The position numbers were made by a program, and so were the translations under genes. A stretch of DNA of 62,540 nucleotides, the filler included, from Choristocarpus tenellus KU-1152 (taxonomy: Eukaryota > Protista > Phaeophyceae), in NCBI GenBank assembly GCA_964200185.2. It is 12 parts of 12 records of this genome, joined end to end, with 100 filler letters (N's around TTAATTAATTAA, not from the genome) between each part and the next. Parts side by side here need not be neighbours in the genome. Positions count along the whole stretch, not along the records: positions 46,726 to 51,053 come from CAXNAD020015103.1; positions 51,154 to 54,798 come from CAXNAD020018766.1; positions 54,899 to 58,471 come from CAXNAD020019173.1; positions 58,572 to 62,540 come from CAXNAD020016864.1; 8 more parts are not named here. One strand, written 5' to 3'. Below, piece after piece: positions 48,249-61,188 of this stretch. How positions within the stretch are numbered: the stretch's first letter is position 1; each line of letters starts with the position of its first letter. The notes under the pieces are model-generated. The model made no database searches, was not told the DNA's origin, and saw only the letters and a list, made by a program, of their open reading frames with translations.

Positions 48249-48717
48249 GCCTGTTCTTCTAGTCCTGATGCTGATCCCAGGGATCCAACCAATGGCAGGC
48301 CTCTCTCTCACAATTCTGGGGCTGATCACGGTCAAGGCGATGCTGGACAATGTTACATCTGAGCTACGTGAGTATGTCAATGACATACACTTGTTTTTTG
48401 ATGCCCTGCTCACCGTATCCTTTGATGCCCCTGTAGCATTGAATTGCCAGTGGTCCAGACTCCAAGGCTTCCATGCGGTATCTAACGGTTTTGCAAATGT
48501 TGGGTAGGAAATTTCCCCCCCTATTCCAGTAGTGAGCGACGTCATTGTTGTCCATTGCACAAAATATGATTGTCTTTGTTACACGTACAACTATCTATTA
48601 CCATGAAGTAGCTGATGCTGGCAGTGATAGCACTCTACTGAGTTCAAATGTTTGACTACTGAGTACTCTGTACCTACTATGGCCTGTGTGTCGAATCACA
48701 CTTCCTCGTCTGTTCGC

Positions 48718-48761
<44 letters not shown>

Positions 48762-49465
48762 CGGATGATGTCATAGTTTTCAAATGATTTTCTTTTGCTC
48801 CAGTTGTTCTAACAGAAACGTGTCGAAATGTGTCACGATCGATATTCCTTCCGTACTGCCCAATCAAAAGTGCCCAAGAGCGGAACGCTGATCAATGTTC
48901 TAGAAAATATTCATTGAAGTGAATTTGTGATGCTTTGCAATAAAGTGCATACTTCAAGAAGTTGTTTTTTTGTGGGCCGTTTGAAATATCCCTGTCGTTT
49001 TTCAACCCTTTTCTTCGAGAACAGCCCAACCCAATAAACGCCTGCAATCAAATCAGGAATCCAAACACTGGCTATTGCAATAAACCCTGACGAACCTAAC
49101 CTCTCTCCTTCCTCTCCCCTACTCCCTACCCTGACCCTTCCTCCCCCTTTACTACGTGCCACAATGTGCATCTTTACTCTGTGCTTGGTGGTGGTTCATG
49201 TATTTCCTTGGTAGTCTGGGCACGAGCGGTTGTCCTGACTACACCCACGGTGGCTACAGTAGGACTGGCTCTCACTGTGCCAATAGCTTTTGTTGCTGAT
49301 CTTTTCTTACATGGTACGATCCCAAAGCCTCCGGCAATCTGTGGGGCAGCCCTGGTGGTCGGAGGTTTTGTCCTGGTGGCATGCAAGAAGGATACAAAGA
49401 CCCTGAGTAAAGATGATGCTGACAGTGTTCTGCTACGCAGTGACTCTGTAGCGAGCCGACCCTGA
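48249..49465 (+). CDS. Last two exons (48249-48367, 49215-49465) of an SLC35F5/THI74-like DMT/EamA-family transporter
   Basis: Spliced product KAMLDNVTSEL|LWARAVVLTTPTVATVGLALTVPIAFVADLF matches the SLC35F5 motif LDNVLSDYLWAKAVLLTT; CAG/GTGAGT/TAG junctions are in phase. Confidence 0.85.
48720..48759. repeat. (TG)n microsatellite
   Basis: About 20 perfect TG units in an intron. Confidence 0.95.
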
Positions 49466-50549
49466 GCCTTTTATCAACACCGCCTTGAATATTTTTGTAA
49501 ACCCGGATTTGTATTTTGGGGCCGCTGTGTTCGATGTGACATGTGAGTCATGACGAGAATTTTTTTTTGTAGTTTTCATTATAAAAGGGAAGTGCACTGC
49601 TGGGGGGAGGGGGGAGGTGATGCTTAAGTGCTGCAACTATCCAGTTGAAGGTATTTTCCGAATTGGAGTCAATACTCGGGACTCTGTACGATGTGCTTTG
49701 TGGATTTTTTTTATTCATTGACAATCACGCATAGGTTGTTTGAGGACTGCAGCGTGGTATTGTGGGAAAGACTGTTTGCCACCCATGGGTTATCTTCTGT
49801 CTTATCGAATTTTGTTTGCTGTGCTCGTTGAGTACAAGAACCCCTTTGTTGCCACAAAAACAAGGCTTGGGGAGCATCATAGGATGATGATGTATATTTT
49901 ATTTCGCCTGCTTTATTTTTCAAGCAATGCAAATCCAAAGTCAGCAATAGTAGTACCTGTGACGTAGGGGATGGTTGTGTCTTTTGTGAGTGCATGTAAT
50001 GTATTTTGAATGTTGAGTTGGAAGGACGGAATCGAGAAAAACTTGTTTGTTAAGAACGTTTTTCAGAGGTTTTGGGGTTGGAAGTTTTCACTTGTTTGTG
50101 GTCCCTATCCGCCTGCGCCGTGGAAGTATTGTTTGATGTTTTGTTGAAAGGCAAGTGCAAGATCAGGTCCTTAGTCTCTCTGAGCCATAGTTATCTGTTT
50201 TGCAGTCCACTTTTCACTCAACGGGATTCATTGTATTTTTTCCGTGGTGAAAAAGACAGTATCATGATGGAAGTAATTTTCGTGCAATTCTCATGGAGCA
50301 AGGGGGGGTATTACTTTTGTAGGAGTCTGTGTCCGCACAGGTGTGCAATTGAATTGTATCAAACCTGTCATGTGGTATATATTTTGAGGTACTCATACAT
50401 CAATCCAACTCAAGTGCTTATTTTTGTAACATTTGTGATAATATGTATGTTAATTATAGTACAAAAGCACACATGTGTAAAGGTTTGTGGCTTCATGCAT
50501 ATTTCTGGATATTTTGTGTATATTCTACTGACTCGATCTGACGTAAGAT

Positions 50550-50670
50550 AAAACAGGATCTTTTCAACCCAGGGTCACTCACTGAAAGCAGAGAGGGATT
50601 TCCTAGAAATTGTTTTTTTGGTTGTTGAGTTCTGCGAGACGGAGCTGAGATGGAATTTTCTCATGCATGC
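50550..50670 (+). repeat. Dispersed repeat family H
   Basis: Similar to 33550-33670. Confidence 0.55.
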
Positions 50671-51153
50671 TGTAGTTTATTACTTGTGGGGAGCTTGTTG
50701 AAATGAGACCTAATGTAGCGTTGTGTTGTGCACATGCGTGTGCTCTGTTAGGATTTTAAGGTCATTATAGAACATGATGTTATTGTCCTAATGTATCTGC
50801 CCCACTCTGTTGTTACTGTAACTGGTATGTCAGAGCATATATGAATATATTCTAGGCGCCAAACGATCAATAAAGCTTTGTGTTTCTATTCCGAAAATAT
50901 CAGTCCTATAAAAATCATCAAATTATCGTTTTCCCAGAAAGATCGCATTAGGGACGAAAATATCTGTTTCGATTCTTTAGAACACCTTCTGAATTCTATC
51001 CTTTCTCTATAAACAGAGGATTTTCAAAATTGGGGATGGAGCGGGACTACGAGNNNNNNNNNNNNNNNNNNNNNNNNNNNNNNNNNNNNNNNNNNNNTTA
51101 ATTAATTAANNNNNNNNNNNNNNNNNNNNNNNNNNNNNNNNNNNNNNNNNNNN

Positions 51154-51315
51154 GCAGTTGTAGCCATACATCTTCATGAAGTGGTGCGTTCAGGTAGGCT
51201 TGAGTGAAGTCTAGGGAGTTGATGATCCAGTTTCTGTTAGCTGCTGTAGCTAGGACAGCTCGAATCACGTCAAATCCCACCACTGGACTAAACGTGCTGA
51301 AGTAGTCCACCCCTT
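51154..51315 (-). mobile_element. Ty1/Copia reverse transcriptase fragment
   Basis: QGVDYFSTFSPVVGFDVIRAVLATAANRNWIINSLDFTQAYLNAPLHEDVWLQL is a canonical RVT_2 motif. Confidence 0.92.
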
Positions 51316-51497
51316 GGGTCAAAGTATCTGGGGGGGGGGGGGGGTCGGCGTCCGTTTTTCACCCTTTTTTCGATTTTCACTTTTTCAATGTGATTTGGTC
51401 GCACGTATCGGATTTGAAATGTCAGCAAGAAAATAGTAGTTTGACCGAAACGGACGCCACCTCATAAACCACCCCCCCTCCCCAGATACTTTGACCC
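51316..51497 (+). mobile_element. MITE family C, full copy
   Basis: GGGTCAAAGTATCTGGG...CCCAGATACTTTGACCC perfect TIR. Confidence 0.9.
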
Positions 51498-52383
51498 ACT
51501 ACTTGTGTCAACTTGGAATCATTATCGTACGGAGGGAGGCAGCAGGAGATTGCAGTAAACAACCTTGTACTGAAATATATATTTTTTCAATCCCTGCGTT
51601 GTGATGCATTCGTCTACCTCTCCAGATCGAAGAACTCCTTTTACCATTTTACCCAACCTGCCAACTGACCACGGACTGGTCAACAGATGCCCAATTTATT
51701 CCTCACAGCACCTGGTAGCACCGCCGTTTCTGGTTGCTCCGGAAGGTAGAAGTTCAATCCTGGGCTGATGGTTGCTATCCCATTAACTCCCTAGGTGCCC
51801 ATCACCTGGTTTGTGCATGGTTGTGTCAAGATCCAAGAACCTAGGTTGTTTTCGGAAAAGGAGGCATGGCTGTACTAAGGCCGCCCTCGGACTCATAACC
51901 TGATTCAGTCCCAGGCCACCGATCAAGTGAAATAAAGGGACAGTGCCGTTGACAGTGAGCCCGTCTTGTGTTGACGGAGTTATCTTCCTTCCACAGCTTG
52001 CCGAGGGCCCCACTGATTATCTCTTTGCGGGTGGTCAGGTTATCTATGCCGTAGTCAGTTTAGCTGGTACATGGACAATTGCAACATACACACATATGTG
52101 TGCAGAACTTCACAGCATACTATAATTCTAGTATCATTGGCATTTGACCTCAACCCAATTCAACAGTAGCAATGAGGAATGTTAGAGATATATTTCAGTG
52201 GATGATCGACCTGTTCGCCCTTTGTGAACAACCCAATCTTGCATTTTGTTCATATTAATAGAGGGTGGGCCAGTATTCATTCTTCCACTACCACCATGGA
52301 TATGTGCGAATGGATTGGATGTTTGCTCACACACAAACATAATCGGAATGAAAGGAATAGAGAGTTTTTAAGAATTTTGGAAA

Positions 52384-52642
52384 GAGTCAAAGTATCTTGG
52401 AGGGTAGAGCCGCGTCCATTTGGGGGCCAAAGTTGGATGTTGTGATTATGATATAATTTTGGCTATCGCTTTTGTTAGGAAGTGTCAATATCCGTGTTCC
52501 TGACACACCTTTTCCTAACATACACACGTTACCTACTCCTAAACATTTTGAAGTAGGAAAATGTCACTAAAGAACTCATGAGAAGCCAAGCCCCAAATGG
52601 ACAAACAAGGCAAAACTCGTACCCTCTAAGATACTTTCACTC
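52384..52642 (+). mobile_element. MITE family B, full copy
   Basis: GAGTCAAAGTATCTT...AAGATACTTTCACTC; AAA on both flanks. Confidence 0.92.
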
Positions 52643-53991
52643 AAATATTGTCGATGGTACAATGCTGTTTTTTTTTCTCACTTGGAACTCACCACACAGG
52701 CGCAGTTGAGAGCTGTTCCCTACATAGATGACAAAATTGGAGGCAAGACCTTGCTGCTACAGTAAAAAGAGAGTTAAATATTAAACAATAACGTAACGTT
52801 TTGGTTGGGATACATGCAAAAAAGTTTGGTTTGGTCAGTGAAGAGTAGAGTGTGTCATCAGACTTGATTGGAAATACTAGCAATATATTTGGCTTTAGGA
52901 TGTGAGATCCACATGGCCAAACAACCCCAAAGTGGACAGACACACCATAACAAGGACATGTGATGCCTTCTCGATGGTCATACATTACATATGTCGGTAC
53001 ACCAAGAAGGACAACTGTGATGGTTTCAATGCCAAGAATTTGATTTTGTCAATCAAGAGTACTAGAGTTCAACATGGGGCAAAAAGGCTTGCGTGGCAGC
53101 AATTACCAATAGTGGCAGGGCATTAAGTGCTGCATACTTCAAATAATTACACCAACTCAGGTAGCAATAACAAATTACAAAAGTTTCAATGAACTTCTGC
53201 TATTTCAAGGGTCACAAGGTTTACTGAGGAGCAAGGGTTGGAATGAGGAAGTACAACCTACCAGAGTGGGAGGTTGATTTATTGGAATACTTCGAACTCC
53301 AATTATATGCATCTTATTTAATTTAGTGGTAACATTGTGGGGTTCCATAACCATAAACACCGTGCTGACCATACTTCCTATCAAACACAAAGAAATACTA
53401 ACCACCCTCCAGACCCCAAGAAGGAATTCAATGATGATGTGACAAGCAGGTGACTTTGGAAACACTTACAAGTATACAAGTACACAAAGGTGGTACCTAA
53501 CTTCAATCCTGTGTTCAAACTTGACTGTCAATAACCAAACCGCTCCTTTCCATGAGAGTCACAGCAACTAACCATCAAAACATTTCTAGCTAACCTCCAC
53601 ACAAATACACAGCTAATAGTGCCCTTCATAATGTATTGTGCAATCTACAAGCAATACAGTGACATCATAAGGCTGCGATCCTGTATGGTGCACACAATTT
53701 TGGCAATTTCTCCTTGTCTGAGTCCGCCATGGACACAGGCAGGAGCATAGGCACCGCTGCATCCAGACAGACCCCTATCCACTTTTCTCCCTCCTTCACA
53801 CACATATTCTAGCCCCAACCACCAGTGGTAGGAGGCTGGGAGATGATCACTGCCAACAATCTCTCCTAATCTATAATGTGGGCGACTGCACCACCTTCCA
53901 CATCCATCAAGACAAACTTCATAAGCACTCAATATGAAGGGATGCATTGAGTAGGTGGGGTAGTAGCAGAACATTGTGGACAAATGGGGGA

Positions 53992-54798
53992 TTACTTCGG
54001 TGGTGGAGAAGGGCTTGAGGGAAAAACGAAGGTTGATGCTGGTGATGCTGGTGGCGGTGGCTGTGGTGGCTGTGGCAATACCAATTCATTCTCTCTGGTC
54101 TCGGTTGGTTTCTCTCTTTCCCCCCTGCCAGCAACCCCATGTTTTTCTTCCACGACTAACGCTGTATCTATAGATTGCCCTGGCAGCCTCAATGGGGGTG
54201 TATGGGCACCCACCTCCACAGTGGTAGCCCGCACCCCCCCTGCTGCTCCACCCCGACCAATTACTTGTGCACTTGAGGCACCAACTCGTCCCATCTGTAC
54301 AGCCTGAGAAAGTCCAACCCCTCCACTAGCACTTGACACATGACCAGCACCGTGGCCTGCACCCGCTGCAAACCCCACAGCTTGACCATGGTGAGGCTTT
54401 GGACTTGGAGTTGCTACTCCATGTCCAGTGGGTGTTTGAGCAGCCCCAGCATTCTGAGGCGGCACAGTGAAGCCTGCTCTACCGGTGACACCCTGGCCAC
54501 CAATACCTATGCCACCCACACCCACAGGTGGCATGCTCACCATGCTGCCCATTCCTTGGGTACCTGGTGGAACACCCTTTGTGAGGGGCCGTGTGTGGGT
54601 ATTGGTGACCAATACGCTGGAGGCAGCAGCTCTACTCCCACCTGGAGGTTGAACAAGCCCAACTGGCGCCTGACTAGTCACATGCCCAACTGGCGCCTGA
54701 CTTGTCACATGCCCAAGGCTGGAGCCAGCAACTCTACTCCCACCTGGAGGTTGAACAAGCCCAACTGGTGCCTGACTTGTCATATGCCCAATGCTGGA
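53992..54798 (-). CDS. Probable exon encoding a Gly/Ala/Pro-rich low-complexity region with internal repeats (GHVTSQAPVG)
   Basis: At least 263 open codons; in-frame 30- and 108-bp repeats; possible donor GTAATC at the apparent stop. Confidence 0.55.
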   Translation of the reverse strand, partial: SSIGHMTSQAPVGLVQPPGGSRVAGSSLGHVTSQAPVGHVTSQAPVGLVQPPGGSRAAASSVLVTNTHTRPLTKGVPPGTQGMGSMVSMPPVGVGGIGIGGQGVTGRAGFTVPPQNAGAAQTPTGHGVATPSPKPHHGQAVGFAAGAGHGAGHVSSASGGVGLSQAVQMGRVGASSAQVIGRGGAAGGVRATTVEVGAHTPPLRLPGQSIDTALVVEEKHGVAGRGEREKPTETRENELVLPQPPQPPPPASPASTFVFPSSPSPPPK

Positions 54799-55131
54799 NN
54801 NNNNNNNNNNNNNNNNNNNNNNNNNNNNNNNNNNNNNNNNNNTTAATTAATTAANNNNNNNNNNNNNNNNNNNNNNNNNNNNNNNNNNNNNNNNNNNNGC
54901 ATGTAGGAATTTAGATGAGGCAACAGACTTACAGGACCAAGAAATCCCTTTTCTCCATACCCGCTCACTTCTCCTTCCCCCTGCCCAAGACCATGCTCCC
55001 TTTTGTGCCTCTACTCCTCTAAAAGAGAGACTCATGGATGTATTCTCCTGTTTCTGAACCACCCAGGGTATGGTAACAACAGTAAAAGTGCTGCCAGTCA
55101 ACTTCGAGAGTGCCTCCTGTGCCTCCGTGAG

Positions 55132-57185
55132 GCCATATTTAAGCATGCCTCATTCCTTGAGTTCTTATCATCTGCCACACCTGTGGAGTGGCGGAGAGAG
55201 GTGGATGCAGACCCAGAGTGTGAACAACGAAGTAGTGATGAACAACTTGATAGAGATGGAAAGGAAGTTGAGGCAGGAGGGGAATACGCTGAGCAGGTGA
55301 GACGGGTGATTTCGTGCAGTCTATGCTGACGTTATTCCTCACGGATTTTCTAATGCTTCAATCTCATGTTCCCAAGTCTATTCCTTCGAACATTGAATTG
55401 TGTTCTTCCTCTATTGCTCCATAACTGTTGTTGCTTCCTCCATGCATCTTGTTGTGTAGTGCCATACACCCATTTCACATGTTTTATCAAGTGTTTATGG
55501 CACACTAGCATATCAAGGTCATGTGTAACTCTGGGGTGAAACATTGAAAAAATGGAGGTCTGCAAGGCTGAATAGGCACATCGCTCAGTTGACTGTGTTG
55601 GAAACCGATCTCTCAGAGAGATGTAGAAATCAAACTTGGTTGGAAATACTTCCTTTCTCAAACTGTAGTAAGATTAGGTAGAAATGTTGACTTTGAAGCT
55701 GCACAAAACCCTGTCGAGCTGGGTGCTAGCACTATGTCAGGATCAAGGTATGTATCTCTTGACGAGTATGGGTAACCACGCTACTGAGAACATTTTTGGA
55801 GAGAAACTCCTATCTTCACGCAAATTAAGGATAACCACAGATCTCCCACTGCATGTCCTCACATTAGGGGGTCGTACAGTCACTGAGATGGTTATGGCAC
55901 CAGGAATCCCCAGTGGCAGCCTCTAACACCCTTGGGAAATTGCAATGACAACTGCATCAAGGCGATACCTAGGCCTAGATAGGTATCGAGTTTTGGTTTG
56001 GGAGAGCCTTGGAGACCTGAGCACGAGAAATCAACCCATATCTCCCCTCCTTTCTTGAATTTTGACCCCTCAAAGTTGGCGGTCATGCCAGAGGAGGGTG
56101 TGACGCTGACAGGCGCAGTAGATTCTCTTGAAGATCTCTGTCGTGGTGAAACACGCCTCCTTTACGAGTCCGAAGGGAAAGCTGAGCTACTTGGAGAGGA
56201 GGGAGTTCCAGAGAGTTTAAGGGTGTGGCTAGCTGAGTCACGTGCGAGGACCCTGAGTGAAGGAGGTTACCGAGAAGAGGCATGCCGGCGGCTTAGAGAG
56301 CAGGTGGGTACAGTGACAAGTATTTAGAATAGAGACAGCACAAAGTCAAGACAATCTTGATGAACATGTGCATGGTGACAAGAGTCTAGGGGTTGGACGA
56401 AGCTATAACATAAGGCGACTCGTAGGGACGGGAATGGAGAGAGGTACTTGTGTGGTGTTGTTGATTATCGTATTTGATTGAATGCTGGGTGGGGCCATCT
56501 ATGTTGGAAAATTGGAGCAGAAAGGAGAGGTCGACATGTATAGGAGTGAGAGTTAGAAGGAATGTAGTTTACTGTATGCTGGAGTCAGGGAAGTGGGAAA
56601 ATACAAGACAAATGCACCTCTTAACTTCAGGTGACAGATAGGCAATCCTATTGTTGTATATAGTGGTTGAGTTTTTTGCTTCATGTTCACTACCCCTCAA
56701 TCTTATTAATTCTGAGTATTGATCTTGGAAAGGCTCAGTCGAGGTCAAGGTTAAGGACGCCTCCTGGACTAGTATGGTAACCAGTTTGCATGACATGCCG
56801 TGCGGCACTTAATTAATACCTATGTTTGCACGAAAGTGCTTGAGCACTCTCAAATACTGTGGACACCATTAGGAATTACATACCTTTGAATATCTCAAAA
56901 TGTAGAGCAGTTTCTTGTTTCCTTTCACATCTCAACACTAACCAACTATTAACATCCATTAGTTCAGACCACAAATATCCTAAGCTATCTAGCCCGACCA
57001 TCCGTGGATAACCAACCTCTGGTTGTCTTAAATGGTCTGTCAAGGTGATCCGCTTTGAGTTTCTCATTGCCAAACGCCCAGTGCCCACAGACCCAGTTCT
57101 TGTGCCCCGTGCTCCATCCGTGATGATGTTGGATCTGTTCTCAAGACTTAGTGAAGCAGCACTAGCAAGGCGTTGTAGGCAGGAG
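55132..57185 (+). CDS. Internal exons (55132-55296, 55983-56303, 57045-57185) of a coiled-coil hypothetical protein, possibly CCDC180-like
   Basis: All junctions are phase-0 AG/GT; spliced product EYAEQ|VSSFG...RRLREQ|VIRFEFLIAK...RRCRQE; the family assignment is from memory only. Confidence 0.75.
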
Positions 57186-57680
57186 GTGAGAGCAAGGAGG
57201 ATTGGAAGATGAAGATAACAGGTCTGAGAAGATTATCTTTGTCACCTTATCACCTTAAGCGCTTCATTTCTATTAGATGCCATTTGGGATACTTGGGGCA
57301 TGCCAAACCAATGAGGGCAAGTGCTCTATGATATATTGATCCATTTCTTCACCAATCCATGTCATTCCTCCTGACACTTTCTTCTCTGGTATGTATTTAT
57401 CGACTGACTTTGGAGTACTTTGCATAATCATGTTTGATCAGGTAGTTCTAAATGCTATCCGTTTGGAACTACCTTAAACTCATACCTTGTAGTAGAACTC
57501 CACAAGAATCGTTTCACATGTCTTTAGACTGGGTAATAAGTACTACTACTGCATGTGTAATTGAATATTGAAGCGATCAGGGGGAGACTTTCATGGTTGA
57601 AGTTTCACCAAACTCGTGTCATCCATTGCACCAGGAAGGCACTATTGGGAATCGATCCCATTCAAGGAGATTTTGGACTT

Positions 57681-57938
57681 GACCCAAAGCATTTAAGAAG
57701 GTAGACGTTTTGCCCCATTTGTCTGTTCGGGGCTTGGCTTCCCACAGGTTTTTTATGCCCTTTCTCGGTTTTCTGTGTGAACGTAGTTACCTAAAGTGTA
57801 CACGACTATGAAAGGTGAGTCCGGAACAAGGATATTGACACTTGCTAATAAACAAGATAGCCAAATTTCATCAAAATCGCAACATTGGATTTAATATCCC
57901 AAACGGACACGACCCTATCCTCTTAAATGCTTTCACTC
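57681..57938 (-). mobile_element. MITE family B2 with interior inverted relative to the terminal caps
   Basis: The CTTTCACTC cap adjoins the AAAATCGCAACATTGG side, opposite to the other B copies. Confidence 0.8.
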
Positions 57939-58401
57939 TGTTGTGATACTAGCATCGAGATCTGTGAGTGCTTTTATGAGGTTGAAAAGAGCCAATACTA
58001 GTGCTTTGCAGTATGACATATTCCATACAAAATGGATACCGCGTGTGGCATTGTGTAGATGTCAAGTCTAGCTGTGCTTGAAACAGGATTGCATATAATG
58101 ACAATGAGAAGTACAGAGCTTTGGTATCCATCAAACAATGGTGTACTTGCAGTGAGGGAGATGACAAGGAAGAAGCAAGGAATTTTAATCGGAATGGATT
58201 GACAAAATTGTTGATCGGAACACATATATAGGGAGTATAAGCTGCTTGAGAGCACGCAAGAGTGCTCCATAGTGTCAAGAAGCGTATTCAGTGGTACGAA
58301 TACATCAACAGTAGCAAGTGGAAAAGTGAATAATCACCAATCAACTAGATAAGCCTGACCAAGACTTGATCAAGCTTAGTGCTTGTATGTATTCACACAC
58401 A

Positions 58402-58471
58402 GAACCAAAGTATCTTAGAGGGTAGGGCCTCGTCCATTTGGGGTCAAAATCCAATGTTGTGATTTTGATGT
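58402..58471 (+). mobile_element. MITE family B, partial (contig end)
   Basis: GAACCAAAGTATCTTAGAGGGTAGGG... Confidence 0.85.
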
Positions 58472-58571
58472 NNNNNNNNNNNNNNNNNNNNNNNNNNNNN
58501 NNNNNNNNNNNNNNNTTAATTAATTAANNNNNNNNNNNNNNNNNNNNNNNNNNNNNNNNNNNNNNNNNNNN

Positions 58572-58612
58572 CCAAATAGACAGCCACCACCCCCTCCCAG
58601 ATACTTTGAGCC
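58572..58612 (-). mobile_element. MITE family A, partial (contig start)
   Basis: CCAAATAGACAGCC...AGATACTTTGAGCC. Confidence 0.8.
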
Positions 58613-58789
58613 TGGAGGGCACTCCAAACCACCCAATCTTACTTCAAGCAGATGTTATCTTCAACATGCAAAACAACAGAAGTAACATGAATATCTTGAT
58701 GTTCAAGCTAGGTCACCTTCAAGGTATACCTTCTACATGGTGTTCAAGATAGGTAACCTTCAGGATATACCTTCTATGGAATGTGGCTC

Positions 58790-58945
58790 TCACATATGCC
58801 CTCTGACATTTTGCGGATGTATCAGGGGGGAAACCAATGAAAACTATACATATATCAGTATAAGCCCTGAAGAAATAGAATATCATTAATATGAAAACAC
58901 TATAATACACTGTAAATGTGAAAAACACTCATCATCAGTTACTTC
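58790..58945 (-). repeat. Family E repeat variant
   Basis: Reverse-complement homolog of 32119-32290. Confidence 0.75.
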
Positions 58946-59299
58946 ACCATTATCAATATTGTACTGTCTTCCTGTGCTTCCCATCTACCTACTCCTGCAC
59001 CCCGGGGGGGGGAGCTAGAGAGGCATCCCAACAATCTAACAAACCCCTCCGTGCCCATCTCAACACATTATCCAAGTTTGTATAACGGAGACAAGAAAAT
59101 CCACCACGAAAATCAGATTGCGCAAAATGAAATTCAACATCAAAAAGAAAAAATGGAAAAAACAAGAAACGCCACCTTAATGTGACGGGCAAATTCAAAC
59201 CATCTTCAACACGGTTAGTGGGCGCCCCGTAACGAAAGAGCAGTCTGCCGTAGCCTGTGTTAAGCTTCCGTCTATTTCGACCCTCCTACCCTGGACATT

Positions 59300-59900
59300 C
59301 CCCAGTGGATTGAGCGATGAAGGTACGTCATTGTCCGAATGGTGTCGACTTCTATCGCTCGCACTGTCTGTGGCAAACGCACTGTCAGTGGCAAATCGCA
59401 CTGTCTGTGGCAAAAGCAAGTGGGGATGGAAGCACAGGCTGGGGAACGGATGTGACTGGTCGAAGGGGTTTTGATGCATTGCTTTTTGGAATGAACGAGG
59501 TCCGTTTTTCGCAGGAACTGAAGGAGATTGTTCGTTTAAGGCAGCACAGACAGCGGGCGAGGAGTTCTGGCTCAAAACAGGTTGAAGCATCGGTGCGAGG
59601 GTTGCCAGTACACTGTTGACAACCTCTTGGTGTGGCAGCGAAGTTTTGGGTTGATACCCCATCGTGCATGGACGTCCTGTTCTGGTGAGGTAGTCCTAGT
59701 CCCTGCCTAACGATCGGGGTTTCGTCTGAGGCAGTGAAAGGGCTTGACATGCTACAAAACATAACACGCACATCCGTCATGGTGCCCTAACCATTGTAAG
59801 TCTTGGCCTTCTACAATGCAGATTTTGTGGCATTTTGGTTGGCTAAATCAATGCGTATTGGTCGCTTCGATTGGATAGTTCCTCTATGAGATCATCCAAC
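59300..59900 (-). repeat. Dispersed repeat family F
   Basis: Homolog of 1378-1960. Confidence 0.75.
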
Positions 59901-60365
59901 CTTGAGTGTTGCCCTGAGTGTTGCCCCGAGGGACTTACCGAGACCATCATGTTTTCATTGTAGTTTCCAACTAGAAATGAGAAATTTCATTAGATTTGGT
60001 AATAATGAAAAACACTACGGGCAGAAAATGGGGAGATAAAACTTTCCGATAGTGAATTTCATTTCACGCAAACACTAGTAAAATAGGAAAGAGATCGACG
60101 TTTTTTGCTTTTGTAACAACTGTCATTTCTTTAGGGATTTTTGAGACATGTGAATTGAATGTGAGGGGTGTTCAAATTCAATGCTGCAGACGAAAATGAG
60201 TAGAGCTATATATATGTGTGTGTGAATATGTTCAATAGGGGTGCAAAGCAGCGTACTAAAGCAGTAGCTAAGGTTGGGTTACAACACCACCGCCATCACT
60301 GTTGAATGCTACTTTCTCATTGGATTCTCTTTCGGATGGGTTTCTCGCATCCGTTGTTCATTTTT

Positions 60366-60480
60366 GGGTCAAAATATCTGGGGGGGGGGGTGCCGGCTTC
60401 CGTTTTTTACCCTTTTTCGATTTTTGCTTTTTGGTGCGATTTGGTCGCACGTGTCGGATTTGAAATGTCAGCAAAAAAAA
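60366..60480 (+). mobile_element. Family C left part without the second TIR
   Basis: GGGTCAAAATATCTGGG...AATGTCAGCAAAAAAAA, then unrelated sequence. Confidence 0.8.
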
Positions 60481-60921
60481 GATTATCGGTTAGGTTCCTT
60501 TCTGTCCTTGCGTACGCAAGAGGAAAGGAAATATATGCTACCATTTAATTGGGTTTGGTTAGGAGTTTCGACGTTTGCATGTGTCAGATTTCAGATTTCG
60601 AGTCTGTTCAAACAGGTTTATTGGTTTATGTATGTTGGTCGTGCAGTTAGGATGAAGAATGAGATATATGGGTTAGGCTGTTCCAGGGCTGGATGTTGGT
60701 TTATTTGGTTGCATGTGTAGGATTTGGTTAGTACATAATGGAGGCTGTCGACTAGGGTGTGTTTTCCCACTGTTGGATGAGGAATTGAAAAAACGAATAT
60801 GGGCTGTTGCGAGTTTTTTTTCGTTTATTTCCTTGCATGAGTCATGTCTGGTGTGTACACAAAGAGGACTGTCAGTATGGGTCTGTTCTCCCGGCGTGTG
60901 CAAGAGGATCCAAAACATACG

Positions 60922-61179
60922 GAGCCAAAGTATGTTAGATACCAGAGCGGCGTCCATTTGGGGGTCAAAATCCAATGTTGTGATTTTGATGTAATTTTGG
61001 CTATCGTGTTTGTTAGTAAGTGTCAATATCCTTGTTCCACACACACCTTTTCATAACGTGTACATTTAACTACTCCTAAACATTTTGGAGTAGGTAAATG
61101 TCATAGAAAAAAACGTACGAAGTCAAGCACTAAAGGGACAAACAGGGCAAAACTCATACCCTCTAAGATACTTCCACTC
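60922..61179 (+). mobile_element. MITE family B, full copy
   Basis: GAGCCAAAGTATGTT...AAGATACTTCCACTC. Confidence 0.9.
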
Positions 61180-61188
61180 TATATCATG

